Position numbers and translations under genes: made by a program
IMG/VR virus record: IMGVR_UViG_3300017783_000007
Location: 1-64,000 of that record
Reading direction: 5' to 3' (one strand)
Length of the DNA: 64,000 bases
Source: a virus
Shown here: positions 29,712 to 42,000 of the stretch, one piece after another
Numbering within the stretch: the first letter of the stretch is position 1
How the letters are laid out: each line of letters opens with the position of its first letter
The notes under the pieces: generated by a model
What the model was told of the DNA's origin: nothing
Databases searched by the model: none
What the model saw: the letters and a program-made list of their open reading frames with translations, nothing else

Positions 29712-32700
29712 TATTTTTCTCCTTTTAGTTCTTCTATTTCTTGTTTTAGCTCTTTTACGGCTTCTATCAATACAGCAACTAATTTTTCATATCTTACTGC
29801 TTTTGTGCCATCTGGTCGCTCCGCGACTAACTCAGGCAGTACTTTCTCAACATCCTGTGCGATTACACCACTATCATGCTTTCTATGAAAGTACCCATCT
29901 TCTCCTCCCTGCTTTTCTAAGTACTCGTCTGTCCAGTCAAACGTTACTCCACGAATTTGCTGAACTTTACTGAGAGCATTTGGAATTATTTCAATATTTT
30001 CCTTAAGTCTCTCGTCAGAAGAATAATAAGCTACTACGTCTCCATCTGCTCTAATTTCCGCCCCATAGTGAAGAGCAGTTGTATTCATGGTAAAGTCTAC
30101 GCCCGGTATTCTTACATTGTTAATAAGTCCGTCACCAGAAGCAGTTCCTATTGTCATCTCATTATTTGTTGAAGTACTAGTTGCTTCAGCATTATAGCCT
30201 ATAAGTATGTTATGGCTGCCGTTTGAACTGGTAGCATTGTATGCTTGACCTCCAATTACAATATTCTTAGAGCCTGTAGTTATTGCATTACCGGCATTGT
30301 AGCCTAACAATACGTTCATATTAGCAGAGGTAATACTATCTCCAGCATTTACACCCACCGCAACGTTTGCACTGGCACTGTTTGTAACGGCTGCGCCAGC
30401 ATTTGCACCCAGAAAAAGACTAAGTGCAGTAGAGTTATAAACAGCATCTGATAAGTCATCAATAGATGTAGCCCCTGCAGAAGCGGGCGTAGTCCAACTT
30501 AATACACCAGACCCATCTGTTTTTAAAACTTGATTCGCACTACCATCATCATTTGGTAGTGTTAAAGTATAATCAGCAGACGCGCTGTGAGGAGGTCCTT
30601 TAATGGTCACTCCATGTGAGTTGACTTCGCAATTTAGTTTAAACTGCCCAGAACCTTTTGTACTGTTGCCTTTAAATACAACAACACCGGATCCGTTTGG
30701 ATCTAAATCTATATCGCCGTTGCTTGCTGTTACAATGTCTTGCCCATTTAGGTCTAAATCTCCACCTAATTGAGGTGAAGTGTCCGCAGATACAGAAGCT
30801 ATACCACCAGTGCCGGTTGAGTCGGCAGCAGGAGCCCACTCACTTCCGCTCCATTTAAGAACCTGACCGCTACTAGGACTTGAACTACTTACATTTGTTA
30901 ACTCTCCAAGAGCAAGCGCACCGCTTCCCGCTCCTCCTCCATTTGAGTTTGCAAATTCAATCCACTGGTTGCTATCGCCATCTGCATAGTAGATATATGG
31001 ACGCAGATTACTAGAGTTAAACCACAAATCTCCTGAAGAAGGGCTACTAGGAGCAGTATCAGAAACATCTATACTGGAACCAGCAGTAATTGTAACATTT
31101 GAAGCAGAGGTAACTCTTCCTTGGCCGTCTACAACAATTTGGGGGATAGTTGTTGCACTTCCATAAGTTGCTGCAGTAACGCCAGTGTTTTCTAAGCTTA
31201 AAGTAACGGCTCCGGAGGTTCCTCCTCCTGTAAGCCCGTTTCCTGCACTTACAGCAGTTATATCAGCATCAGAGGTAGTATGTTCTAATAACAGCTCCGT
31301 TGCTGAGACAGCGACACCCATTTTAATATTATAGCTATCTGCAGTTGAGTTTAAAGTTCCGTTAGAAGTAAGATAGTAGGTGGCGCCAGTTGTTAAGCTA
31401 GATTGATTTCTATCAACTCCACCCATTAAATTTACAGTGCCCGAAGCGCCCGCAGAAATGTTCTCGTCGGCAATTCCTACTACTGTATTTTCAATATTAG
31501 TTGTCGTAACAGTATTTTGTATTCCGTAAAATTCTCCATCAAGCTGACTAATCATGCTCGCAGATGATCCATATCTAGTAAAGCCGTATACCAGACCTGC
31601 AGACTTATAAATTAATGCACCCGCATTAATTGTATTACTGTGCGACATCACAGTACTGTTGCTTGCGTGAGTTATAGTACCATTCGAGCTCATCGTGAGA
31701 CGCCCTAGGAGCAGCCTACGGGCAGAATTGTAAGAACCGTTGGATAAATAAACTAAAGTATTTGTACCTGTATCTACCGCTCCTGCTACTATGCTTGCAC
31801 TAAGAAATGATCCACTTCCTCCTGGATCAGTGTCTTTATGCGCAACTGTAAGAGTGCCGTTTTCTTCTATTGTTACACTATTATACCCGACTGGCCATGT
31901 TTTATTGCCGAAATATTCATAAGTTATTTGATAAATCATCAAAAACTTTTGACGATTCGGAATGTAAAAAATATGTGGATTGCCAGCTGCACTAGGAGTG
32001 TATACATTTCCTGTTATATCAGAAGATTGTAATGTAGTATTCGTAACTGTAACAGCAGAGCCCAGTGTAATAGATCCACTGGAGCAAGTCCACTTTTTAC
32101 AATAATTTGAGCCTCCTGACGTATAAACAACTACACCGGCATTTCTTACGGGATCGTAAGCCACAGAAGTGTGCGAGCCCCCAACAGTTACAGCTGTTCC
32201 TACAGTAAAGGTATCATTCGAGCTATTATAGGTTAGAGCTCTAATATTGTCTCCACCCACTAAAATCCATTTTCCGTCATTATCATCATAGGTAATGCTA
32301 CCAGCAGAGTCCCACGAAGTGCTTGCAGAGTATAGAGTAGCATTAGTACCCCAAGTTATCGCTCCTGTAGACGTATTAATTGTACCTATATTGTAATAAG
32401 TAGCTGAACCAGTACTTCCAATTAAAGCTATTTTATTACTTGCTACCAGAAATGCGGGACCAGTAGTAATTTGATTAGAATTACTCGGCATAGAGCCAGT
32501 GGAAGATACAGTTACGGAGCCGTCCGCTGCAAGAGTAGCCCACCTATAATAGTAGGTACTGGACTCGTAAGTCAATTGAAATATCTTATTAGAATAATCG
32601 GGAACTAGAACTGCTTGCCCCACCCCCTCCGAAGAGGAAGTAGTACCTAGATACTCTATACTCGTTGATGTTTGAGTAACAGAAGCGCTAATTGTACTTT

Positions 32701-34345
32701 CCCCCGCAGTCGCATACTGAGAATTTGCACTTTCATATACAATTACATCTCCTGCGGATGCGGCGTCAGAGATAGTAAGTTCTGCTTGTACTGTTTTAAT
32801 TTGATCTACAAAGGATAAATTACCGCTGCCATCGCTTTGTATAACTTGCTCTGCATTTCCATCATTATTAGGAAGTGTCAAAGTATAAGAAGCAGCTGCG
32901 CTATGGGGAGGGCCCTGTAGCTTGACTCCATGAGAATTATTCTCACAGTTAAGAGTTATAGAGCCAGAGCCTGCGGTTGAGTTTCCTTTTATCTTGAATA
33001 AACCAGAACCATTTGGGTCAACTTCTATGTTTCCATTACTAACAGAAGTGAGCGTATTTCCATTAACATCTAGATTTCCTCCCAGCTGAGGAGTAGTGTC
33101 ACTAACTATATTTGGAACAATATCTGCTGATCCATTGAAAGACACTCCCCCAATAGTTCTTGCAGTAGTTAGAGTAGCTGCAGATCCAGTAGTATTTTGA
33201 TTTCCTGTTGTATTAACTCCAGGCAAGTCTATATTTGCAGACCCGTCAAAGGACACACCACCAATAGTTCTTGCAGTAGTTAGAGTAGCTGCAGATCCAG
33301 TAGTATTTTGATTTCCTGTTGTATTAACTCCAGGTACGTCTATATTTGCAGACCCGTCAAAGGATACACCACCAATAGTTCTTGCAGTAGTTAGAGTAGC
33401 TGCAGATCCAGTAGTATTTTGGTTTCCTGTTGTATTAACCCCCGGTAGGTTTATGTTTGCAGACCCGTCAAAAGAAACCCCACCAATAGTTCTTGTAGTC
33501 TCAAGAGCTGTTGCGGTACCCGCATTACCAGAAGTGTCTTGAGTGCCCACAGTGTTAACCCCAGGCAGGTTTATGTTTGCAGACCCGTCAAAGGATACAC
33601 CACCAATAGTTCTTGCAGTAGTTAGAGTAGCTGCAGATCCAGTAGTATTTTGATTTCCTGTTGTATTAACTCCTGGGAGACTAATACTACTAGTTCCATC
33701 AAAAGAAACTCCCCCAATAGTTCGTGCTGTCGCAAGCGCGGTAGCAGTAGCTGCGAGCCCCGAAGTGTTTTGGTTTCCTGTTGTATTAACTCCGGGCAAG
33801 TCTATATTTGCAGACCCGTCAAAAGAAACTCCACCAATAGTTCTTGCAGTAGTTAGAGTAGCTGCAGATCCACTAGTGTTTTGGTTTCCTGCTGTATTAA
33901 CTCCAGGCAAGTCTATATTTGCTGACCCGTCAAAGGATACACCACCAATAGTTCTTGCAGTCTCAAAAGCTGTCGCGGTACTCGCATTACCCGAAGTGTT
34001 TTGGTTTCCTGTTGTATTAACTCCGGGCAAGTCTATATTTGCTGACCCGTCAAAGGATACACCACCAATAGTTCTTGCAGTTGTTAAGGTGGGTGCAGAA
34101 TTAATTGTAGAATCAATGGCACCGTCTCCGGTATCATCGTACAAAAAAGAAATACCGGAATGACTACCGTTGGTAGCAAATTGAGCTCCTACAATATCTT
34201 GAACTTCTTCAGATGTTACGGAAGAAGTAGAAGAAGAGGGCGTAAAATCCCACCTAGATTTAGTGGAATTAAAAGTATAAACTGCCCCATTAACTGTAAC
34301 GGTATCTCCATTTGAAGGCGAGTTTGTAAAATCTGTAAATGCCAT
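29711..34345 (-). CDS. Long tail fibre with C-terminal intramolecular chaperone (peptidase S74-like)
   Basis: SSDERLKENI...GVIAQDVEKVLPELV; tandem shaft repeats; propeller-like insert. Confidence 0.85.
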   Translation of the reverse strand: MAFTDFTNSPSNGDTVTVNGAVYTFNSTKSRWDFTPSSSTSSVTSEEVQDIVGAQFATNGSHSGISFLYDDTGDGAIDSTINSAPTLTTARTIGGVSFDGSANIDLPGVNTTGNQNTSGNASTATAFETARTIGGVSFDGSANIDLPGVNTAGNQNTSGSAATLTTARTIGGVSFDGSANIDLPGVNTTGNQNTSGLAATATALATARTIGGVSFDGTSSISLPGVNTTGNQNTTGSAATLTTARTIGGVSFDGSANINLPGVNTVGTQDTSGNAGTATALETTRTIGGVSFDGSANINLPGVNTTGNQNTTGSAATLTTARTIGGVSFDGSANIDVPGVNTTGNQNTTGSAATLTTARTIGGVSFDGSANIDLPGVNTTGNQNTTGSAATLTTARTIGGVSFNGSADIVPNIVSDTTPQLGGNLDVNGNTLTSVSNGNIEVDPNGSGLFKIKGNSTAGSGSITLNCENNSHGVKLQGPPHSAAASYTLTLPNNDGNAEQVIQSDGSGNLSFVDQIKTVQAELTISDAASAGDVIVYESANSQYATAGESTISASVTQTSTSIEYLGTTSSSEGVGQAVLVPDYSNKIFQLTYESSTYYYRWATLAADGSVTVSSTGSMPSNSNQITTGPAFLVASNKIALIGSTGSATYYNIGTINTSTGAITWGTNATLYSASTSWDSAGSITYDDNDGKWILVGGDNIRALTYNSSNDTFTVGTAVTVGGSHTSVAYDPVRNAGVVVYTSGGSNYCKKWTCSSGSITLGSAVTVTNTTLQSSDITGNVYTPSAAGNPHIFYIPNRQKFLMIYQITYEYFGNKTWPVGYNSVTIEENGTLTVAHKDTDPGGSGSFLSASIVAGAVDTGTNTLVYLSNGSYNSARRLLLGRLTMSSNGTITHASNSTVMSHSNTINAGALIYKSAGLVYGFTRYGSSASMISQLDGEFYGIQNTVTTTNIENTVVGIADENISAGASGTVNLMGGVDRNQSSLTTGATYYLTSNGTLNSTADSYNIKMGVAVSATELLLEHTTSDADITAVSAGNGLTGGGTSGAVTLSLENTGVTAATYGSATTIPQIVVDGQGRVTSASNVTITAGSSIDVSDTAPSSPSSGDLWFNSSNLRPYIYYADGDSNQWIEFANSNGGGAGSGALALGELTNVSSSSPSSGQVLKWSGSEWAPAADSTGTGGIASVSADTSPQLGGDLDLNGQDIVTASNGDIDLDPNGSGVVVFKGNSTKGSGQFKLNCEVNSHGVTIKGPPHSASADYTLTLPNDDGSANQVLKTDGSGVLSWTTPASAGATSIDDLSDAVYNSTALSLFLGANAGAAVTNSASANVAVGVNAGDSITSANMNVLLGYNAGNAITTGSKNIVIGGQAYNATSSNGSHNILIGYNAEATSTSTNNEMTIGTASGDGLINNVRIPGVDFTMNTTALHYGAEIRADGDVVAYYSSDERLKENIEIIPNALSKVQQIRGVTFDWTDEYLEKQGGEDGYFHRKHDSGVIAQDVEKVLPELVAERPDGTKAVRYEKLVAVLIEAVKELKQEIEELKGEK
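33120..34082 (-). repeat. Tandem 111/120-bp coding repeat, 8 full copies plus 1 partial
   Basis: TARTIGGVSFDGSANIDLPGVNTTGNQNT(T/S)G.. units; pattern (40+37 aa)x3, then 37 aa x2. Confidence 0.95.
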
Positions 34346-34354
34346 TTATTTCTC

Positions 34355-36049
34355 CTACGAGGCTCCGTATATAAGTACACGTCTCGTACCTGCTCCAGTA
34401 CATGTAATAATTAATTCGTTGTTTGCTGATATTCTAACGCCGTTTCCTAGTTCCTGAAAACTGTCTACAGAGCCAGAGTCCAATGAAGTCGGTTTATCGA
34501 TAGTGGCTGTTAAAGAGCTATCAGATAGATCATACTCATACACTCTCCCAAGAAAACGATTACTTGAATCTCCGTAGCGACGATCTCCTATAAATATTTG
34601 AGAATTATTAAAGTCGAGATCAAACCCAAACATAGTTTCGTTGGTAACGTTATTATATACCTCCCCACCAGTATTTGGATTTGTAAAAGTATTCTCAAGA
34701 CTGCCAGTAGATGTATTAAATACGTAAACACGTCCTAAGCCTTTCTGCGTGGTTGCATCCGAAGAAGCACGAGGAAGATTCCTAAGTGCAGTTACGGCAT
34801 ACTTGCTGCCATCTGAATTAAACTTAACAAGATGTCCAAAATTAGGAGGAGAATCTGAATAGTAAGTAAAGTCAGAGGGCCAAGAAGTTTTTCTTAGTAA
34901 ACTACCATCAGATAAATCGTAAATATAAACTGCTCCTACATAGTCATTACTTGAAACACTTTCTTTTTGGTGACTTACAATAAGATACTCGCCGCTCATA
35001 TCCATACATGCCCCAAAGTGGTAATTGGCGTACCCCGAAACAACAGTAGTAGGATTTTCAATAGTTCTCTCTAGAGACCCATCTGATAAGTTGTAAATAT
35101 AAATTATACCTTTTCTAGACGCGGAAGTAGCGTTATTCGATGCAATCGCAACATATGTATTATTGCAGGCAACTCCATTACCAAAGTAGCCATTAGAGAC
35201 ATTTGTAATAGGGTTACTATGTGTTCTTATTAAACTTCCCGTTGCCGCATTGTATATATCAACCACACCTGTTCTAGTATATGTACCGGTCGCTGGCTCG
35301 TAATAGGAGCCAGCGGCTAATCTGGTGCCATTGGGAGACAGCTGTAATGAATATCCCAGCCAAGCAACTGCATCTCTACCGGACTCGGCGGATATACTTC
35401 TCTCGTAACTTCCATCATCTATAGAATATAAATGTATTTCTTGGTCTGCTGCTGTTGTCGAACGCCTAGGAACGGCTAAACGATTGCCCCCTACGCTAAT
35501 CTCTGAGTCTTGTCTGTCGAAGAAGAAGGCGTTATTATCGGGGTCTGTTACAGCTCTTTGATAGGTTACGTCTATACCAAAAGATAAGCTAAATGCTGCT
35601 GCGGCACTAACTGCTCCGTTAGTACCATCAGTAGCACTAAAAGTAAGAGTAAAGGTTCCCCCAGTCGAAGTAGAAGGAGTTATAGTGAACACATTATCTG
35701 CTTGTGATACAGTAGCCGTAGACCCCAAAGCCCCTGTTGTAACAGCATAGGACCATGTAAGAGGAAATCCTTCGGGATCCGTTGATACAGCCGTAATAGT
35801 AGTTGCTGTGCCGTCCCCTGAAAGATCATAGCTGGAATTAACTCCTGTTATACTACTTGGAGCATTATCTTGTACTGTCGCAATTAAGTACCAACCGGAT
35901 CCATTGTACAAAAACAACTTATTATTAGCACTGACATAAGCTTGATCTCCTGCTGCCATTCCTGTTAAAGCTGTTAAAGCCGCCATATTAGCCACAGTTG
36001 TAGTAGTTACACCTGCCGATATTGTTTTAATGTCTATATAATTTGCCAT
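34355..36049 (-). CDS. Fibre-associated adhesin with cadherin/Ig-like domain and FG-GAP-like beta-propeller
   Basis: DPEGFPLTWS; repeated FG...G.VYIY.LSDGSL blades. Confidence 0.75.
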   Translation of the reverse strand: MANYIDIKTISAGVTTTTVANMAALTALTGMAAGDQAYVSANNKLFLYNGSGWYLIATVQDNAPSSITGVNSSYDLSGDGTATTITAVSTDPEGFPLTWSYAVTTGALGSTATVSQADNVFTITPSTSTGGTFTLTFSATDGTNGAVSAAAAFSLSFGIDVTYQRAVTDPDNNAFFFDRQDSEISVGGNRLAVPRRSTTAADQEIHLYSIDDGSYERSISAESGRDAVAWLGYSLQLSPNGTRLAAGSYYEPATGTYTRTGVVDIYNAATGSLIRTHSNPITNVSNGYFGNGVACNNTYVAIASNNATSASRKGIIYIYNLSDGSLERTIENPTTVVSGYANYHFGACMDMSGEYLIVSHQKESVSSNDYVGAVYIYDLSDGSLLRKTSWPSDFTYYSDSPPNFGHLVKFNSDGSKYAVTALRNLPRASSDATTQKGLGRVYVFNTSTGSLENTFTNPNTGGEVYNNVTNETMFGFDLDFNNSQIFIGDRRYGDSSNRFLGRVYEYDLSDSSLTATIDKPTSLDSGSVDSFQELGNGVRISANNELIITCTGAGTRRVLIYGAS

Positions 36050-36053
36050 TTTA

Positions 36054-39000
36054 TTACCTATTTATGAGAACCCAGCCGTTATTAGCATTATAATATACTA
36101 ATTGAAAGGCTGCTCTATCAGTGGAGACTATTAAATCTTCTGCAGCGCCTTGGATCTTATGGCCATTTCTGGCTATAGTTATATTGTTAGTAGAAGCATC
36201 CCCTGTCCCGTCAATTATATGCACTTCATCTCCAATAGACGCTGTGCCCGGAAGAGTCAATGTAATAGCTGACGAAGAGGTATCTACAATTTTCTTAGTT
36301 CCAGCTACTAATGTTGTAGAAGAAGTTTGCTCTGCGAATTTAACAACCCCACCGCCGCCTGAAGTAGGTGTTGAAAGCTCAACCCATTGAGCACTGTTAC
36401 CATCATTATAATATATATAGGTAGTTAGATTGCTGGGGTCAAACCATAAAGATCCTGTAGAGGGGCTACTGGGAGCACTCTCACTAATAGTAACAATAGG
36501 GTCTCCCGCGCTGGCGGAGCCTCCAGTTACTATAAGATCAATGGTGCCATCACTATCATCATATGTAACAGTAATACCCGTTTCAGTATTACTTGTAAAC
36601 ATAGCTCCGACAGTATCCTGTATCGCTTCGGTTAGGTCTACATTTGCTGATCCATCAAAGGGATGGTTAACACTGTTTACAGTTATATTTCGTGCTGTTG
36701 TAAGAGTATCGGCCGAGCCAGTTACCGTACCAGTAACATCGCCCGTAATATTACTAGCAGTAAAGTTACCAGATACAGAAATAGTGTCACTCGATGCTGT
36801 GATTTCCTGCGTGCCCAAGAAAATTGTTCCCGCATCAAAGTAGCCTTTTCTGAATCGCGCGGTAGGGGATCCTAAGTCATAAGTTTCAGTCGCATCTGGT
36901 AGAATATGACCATAAACAGTTATAGCTGTAGATGTAGTATCTGCAAGTTTAGTCGTACCATTATATAGAGCATTTGTAGTAACATCTAAAGTACCATCAA
37001 CATCATCATATGTAACCGAGGTTCCTAGCTCAGTATTCCCAGTAAACATAGCTCCGACAGCATCTTGTAATGCCTCGCTTAAATCTACATCTGCGGATCC
37101 ATCAAAGGGGTGATTGGTTGCACCTATAGTAAAGTTTCTAGAAATCTGCAAAGAGGTGGCCGTTCCTGCGTTTCCAGAAACATCGCCTGTTAATCCTCCA
37201 GTAATATTGCCCGTAATATTGCCTGTTACATTACCAGTAACATTACCAATAAAAGTACCTTGAACATTACCTGCAAAAATTCTATTAGCGGAAGGATTGT
37301 AATAGAAAGTATTATCCGTTTTTAAACTTAAGTTGCCGGACTGAGAATCTACAAAGGGTATATAATAAAGAGCATTATCTGATTGTTCGGTACCAACAGT
37401 TACTGTTGTAGCTACTGTTGCTGTAGAAGCAGTACCCGTAAAAGTTGCATCCGTTCCATCGGTGCCCGCTTCCAATATCTTGCTAGTGCCGTTGCTTGCA
37501 TATACATCACCCGTAACATTACCGGTAACGTCGCCTTCAACATTTGCAACTAAAGTACCTACGGTATAGCCTGTACCGCTAGCATTAACTACCGTAGTGG
37601 GTGCTGCCTGTAAGTCTTTAAATAACTTCCACTTACCAGAGTCATTAGCATCTCTAAAAAGTCCGGCGTATAGATCCTGACTTCCAGAAGTATCATAAAT
37701 TCCATAAAATCCAATATCAAGACTATCTGAAGTAGTATTTCCTCTTGCTAGCTCTATAAGTGGATCCTCTACAGACAAATTTGTTGTTTCTACTATAGTG
37801 TTGTTGCCATTTACAGCTAAATCACCTGTTATAGTAAGATTACCCGCAACAGTCACATTATCGGGTAGCCCTATAGTAAGTGCTGCTCCTTCTGTACCAG
37901 ACCCGCTTACTTCTACCTCGTTAGCAGTCCCCGCTATAGTTGCAACATAGTTACCTGTTGTTTGCGTACTTAAAGCTACAGCATTATCAGCAATTTTATC
38001 CCCAGTTACGGCGTCTGTTTTTATGTGGTCCGTGCCTATAGCTCTGGCAGAATCAGTTGTAGCAGAAGAGGATATTTTTGTACCGGTAACTCCATTGGTA
38101 GCAAGAGTAAATGCTAGATCAAATTCATCTCCATCTGCTCCGCTATCAGTATCGTTAAAGTTAATATTAATTTCATTATTATCTACAAACTTTAGTTGTT
38201 TGTTTTCAGTAATTGTAACTTCGGTTCCATCACCGTCCTCTACTACAAATCCTGCTCCCATGGTATCAGAGGTTGATACCGTGCCCCCAAGTTCTATTGC
38301 GGATCCGTTAATTGTAATAGAAGAGTTTGCTAGCTTATCATTAGCAATACTACCTGCAAGCATAGCATTAGTAACCCCAGTAGCTTTAATATTAAGCGAG
38401 TTACTCGTAAATTCTATAGAGCTATCATCAACTTCAGAAGCTTTGATATAATCTTCTACCAAATCGCCGTCAGCAACAGACGAAGCTTTTAAAGTAACAA
38501 CCCCACTACTAACAGTAAAGTCCGAGGCATCAAATCTAGCAACACCTTTGTTACTTGATGTCGCTTCTTCTGCAGCAATAGTGATTGTGCCAGATGCTTC
38601 TGTGACGTCTATACCTTCTCCTGCTGAGAACGTAATAGTGCCTCCCAACGCGGTTGATGTTGAGTTGCTGCCGTCCGTAACAGTGATAGAGGGGTTTTGT
38701 AACTTACCGTTTGGAATACTACTATCTTCGATAGAAAAAGCAATTGTAGGGACTCCGCCGACATCAGCAGCAACAGAAGTTAATATCGTGCCATCACCCT
38801 TGATAGTAAGAGTTTCTGTTCCAGGAATTACACTAGGACTGCTCGTAGTAGTATTACCTGCAATCGAAGTTGGGGAACCGCCCGCTGGTGTTGCAGTACT
38901 TGTAGCAGTAATTCTACCTTTAGCATCTACTGTTATAATAGGAATTGCAGTAGCACTGCCTACTGTACCTGCCGTTGCACCACTGTTTGCTAGTGTTAAA

Positions 39001-42000
39001 GTACCAGTTACATCCTCTGTACCGTCAAAAGCACCTGATGTATAGGTTGCATCGCCAGTGATTGAAATAGTCCTACCTGCTGCTAATGCTGTCGCGGTCG
39101 GTGGCGTAGTACTTACTGATGTAATTCTACCTTTAGCATCAACTGTAAGTACTGGTACTGCTGTTGCGCCCCCATAACTTCCTGCTGTTGCACCGCTGTT
39201 TGCTAGTGTTAAAGCACCAGTTACATTGCCTGTACCGTCAAAACTACCTGAGGTATAAGTTGCATCACCAGTGATTGCAATAGTTCTGCCTGTTGCTAAA
39301 GCGGTTGCCGTACCCGCATTACCAGAAGTGTTTTGGTTTCCTGTTGTATTAACGCCAGGCAAGTCTATATTTGCAGATCCGTCAAAGGATACACCACCAA
39401 TAGTTCTTGCAGTCTCAAGAACTGTCGCGGTGGCTGCAGTGCCTGAAGTATCCTGATTTAGCGTCGGGACTCTAGCTGCATTAATGGTACCGGTTGAAAT
39501 ATTTGTTGCATTTAAGTTAGTTAAAGATGAACCATCACCGCTAAAATCGCCTGTAAAAGTTTTAGCACTTGAATCAACCATAACAGAATTGTCACTTGCT
39601 TTAACATCCCCAGTTAAGTCTCCAGCTACGTTACCTGCAAAAGTTGTAGCTGTTACTTCATTTGTACTCGGGTTAAACCTTAAGCCGGTATCTGTATGTA
39701 TAGATTGAGACCCAGTTGCCCCAGAGGACATGGTAATATACCAACTAGCATCAGTATCCTCAGAGCCTGTCAAGCTCAAATTAGTGGATGAAAGATTAGT
39801 AATTTCAAGCTCATTAGACGTTGTGTTAAACTCTACGCTAGCCCCTACATGATTAGAGTGCTCTAGTAAGCTTCGAGCCTGAGTAGTAACCCTTGCATCA
39901 GTGTAATATAAATTACTAGAGCCTTCACTTAAATCGTCTGTATCCTTGCTTGATAATACCAAGTTTGCGCCAGTTTGTAGCGCAATTCTGGCATCTGCTC
40001 TTGCGTTTGTAAAGTATAAGTTTGAACCTTCACTTAAATCACCTGTGTCTTTAGTGCCAATCCTAGTGTCAAAGTCGGAGTTCGCTCTACTAGATGTATA
40101 GTATAAATTACTTGAACCTTCCGCTACTGTATCAGTATTGCCCTGTGTAAATGTTAATACACCAGTGCCACTATTATAGCTTAGTTGTGTCGAGCCTTCG
40201 CTGATAGCCCCTCTGGCTCTTGCATTTGTAAAGTATAAGTTTGAACCTTCACTTAAATCACCTGTGTCATGGTTAGCAATACTAGTTACGGTACCAGTTA
40301 CAGCACCTGTAAATGTAGCATCAGTACCGTCTGTACCTGCCTCAAGTATTTTACTAGTACCGTTACTGGCATACACATCCCCCGTTAAATCACCTGTTAA
40401 ATCACCTGCAAAACTAGTTGAGGAAAGTACAGATGTAGATGGATTAAAAGAAAAAGTGTTTTTTGACTCAAGTTTAGAGTCTGTAATGTTTAGTTGATGG
40501 TACAGAGGTTGGGTGGTTGTACTAAGTACTTTTGAAACAATAAATATACTTTGTGAAGCGTCAAAGACTAAAGCATTTCTAGATCCTGACCTTACATTAG
40601 TAGAGCTTATTTGAGTCTCAGAGGTAAATGATATATCCGAACCTGTAGCAACAGCTCTCTTAAATACGTACCCTCCACTGGACTTATCTGCTAAAAGTAT
40701 TACTTCTTTTGTTGTAGGATCATTTGCTAAAACCATATCCTTATAAAACGAGGAATTAAGAGTTACATCTGATCCATAAGTATGAGTACTACTAGAGCTA
40801 GATACAATAACTTTTCTATACTTATTGCCATGGACTATTATACCAAGCTTATCGTCATTACTTTCTGTATACTCTATATCTCCTAAAGTACGGATTACCC
40901 CTGAGTCTTGAAGAGTAGCAAAGGGCAGACCCTCTATGCCTGAACTAGATAGAGTTGTTCCACTACTTGTTAAAATTCTTGTATTATTGTATCCATTACT
41001 TTGTGAAGGGTTACTAACGCTTGCCAGTCTTTCGCCAATAGCTACAATAAATTTATTTGCAATACCTGACCAAGATGCATCAATATTCATTGCATCATTC
41101 TCAGAGACGTCAGTAGTAGCAAAACCAGTGTTTGTTATAGGAAAACTTCCTCCTGACCCAGGAGCTCCTGCTAAGTCAGAAATGCTTGAGCCACCTGCAA
41201 AATTTGCTCCTGTGTAGGTTGGCCCTGTAGTATAACCCCTACCAGTATTTGTCATAGTTATACCGGTTAGATAATACTTACTATCTCCGGATTCGAATGT
41301 CCAGTCAAAAGTACCTGCTGCTTGCTCACCCCCGGGTAAATCTGGAGCACTAAAAGTAGGAGTAATTTGTGTTCTAAGGCTGGAATCGCTCTGAGCAAGA
41401 CGCGGAGTTCTATTACCTGAGTAAGTTGCATCAGGGGCAGAAAAGTAATTCGTCATTTGATCCGTAGTACTTACTCGCCTATTAACCATTGCAAGCTCAG
41501 AGCCTAAAGTAATTGAACCTTCGCTCGAAATATTTGCAATTAATGCTATCGGGTTTCCGTTTGTATCAATATGAGTAACAAGAGTTCTATTTGTAGAAGT
41601 ATCGGTAGGATCTCTTGTAATACTAATAGCACCTAGTAAAGTATCAGAACTCGTACTTTCAACATTAGTGGAAGCACCGAATGTTACTGTAGAACCATTA
41701 AAGGTAAGCACTCGTAGTGTATTTACCTTATTTGAGCCACTAGCTTCTGTCAAACTTATTAGAATGTTTGAAGAAGGATTAAGATCCGCTAAAGTTATTT
41801 GTCCGTATGAAGGTTGAGTATTGCTGTTTGCTCTTTGCGCACAGACAATATTTCCATTACTATCGGCTGCTGTAGTAACATTTCCCCATGTAATACTTCC
41901 CGAAGAATATGTACCAATGCTGTATTTTAATACACCTGAACTTGTCTGGGCCCAGAATGCAAGATACTTATTGTAAAGCTTAGAATAGTATAAAGACGGA

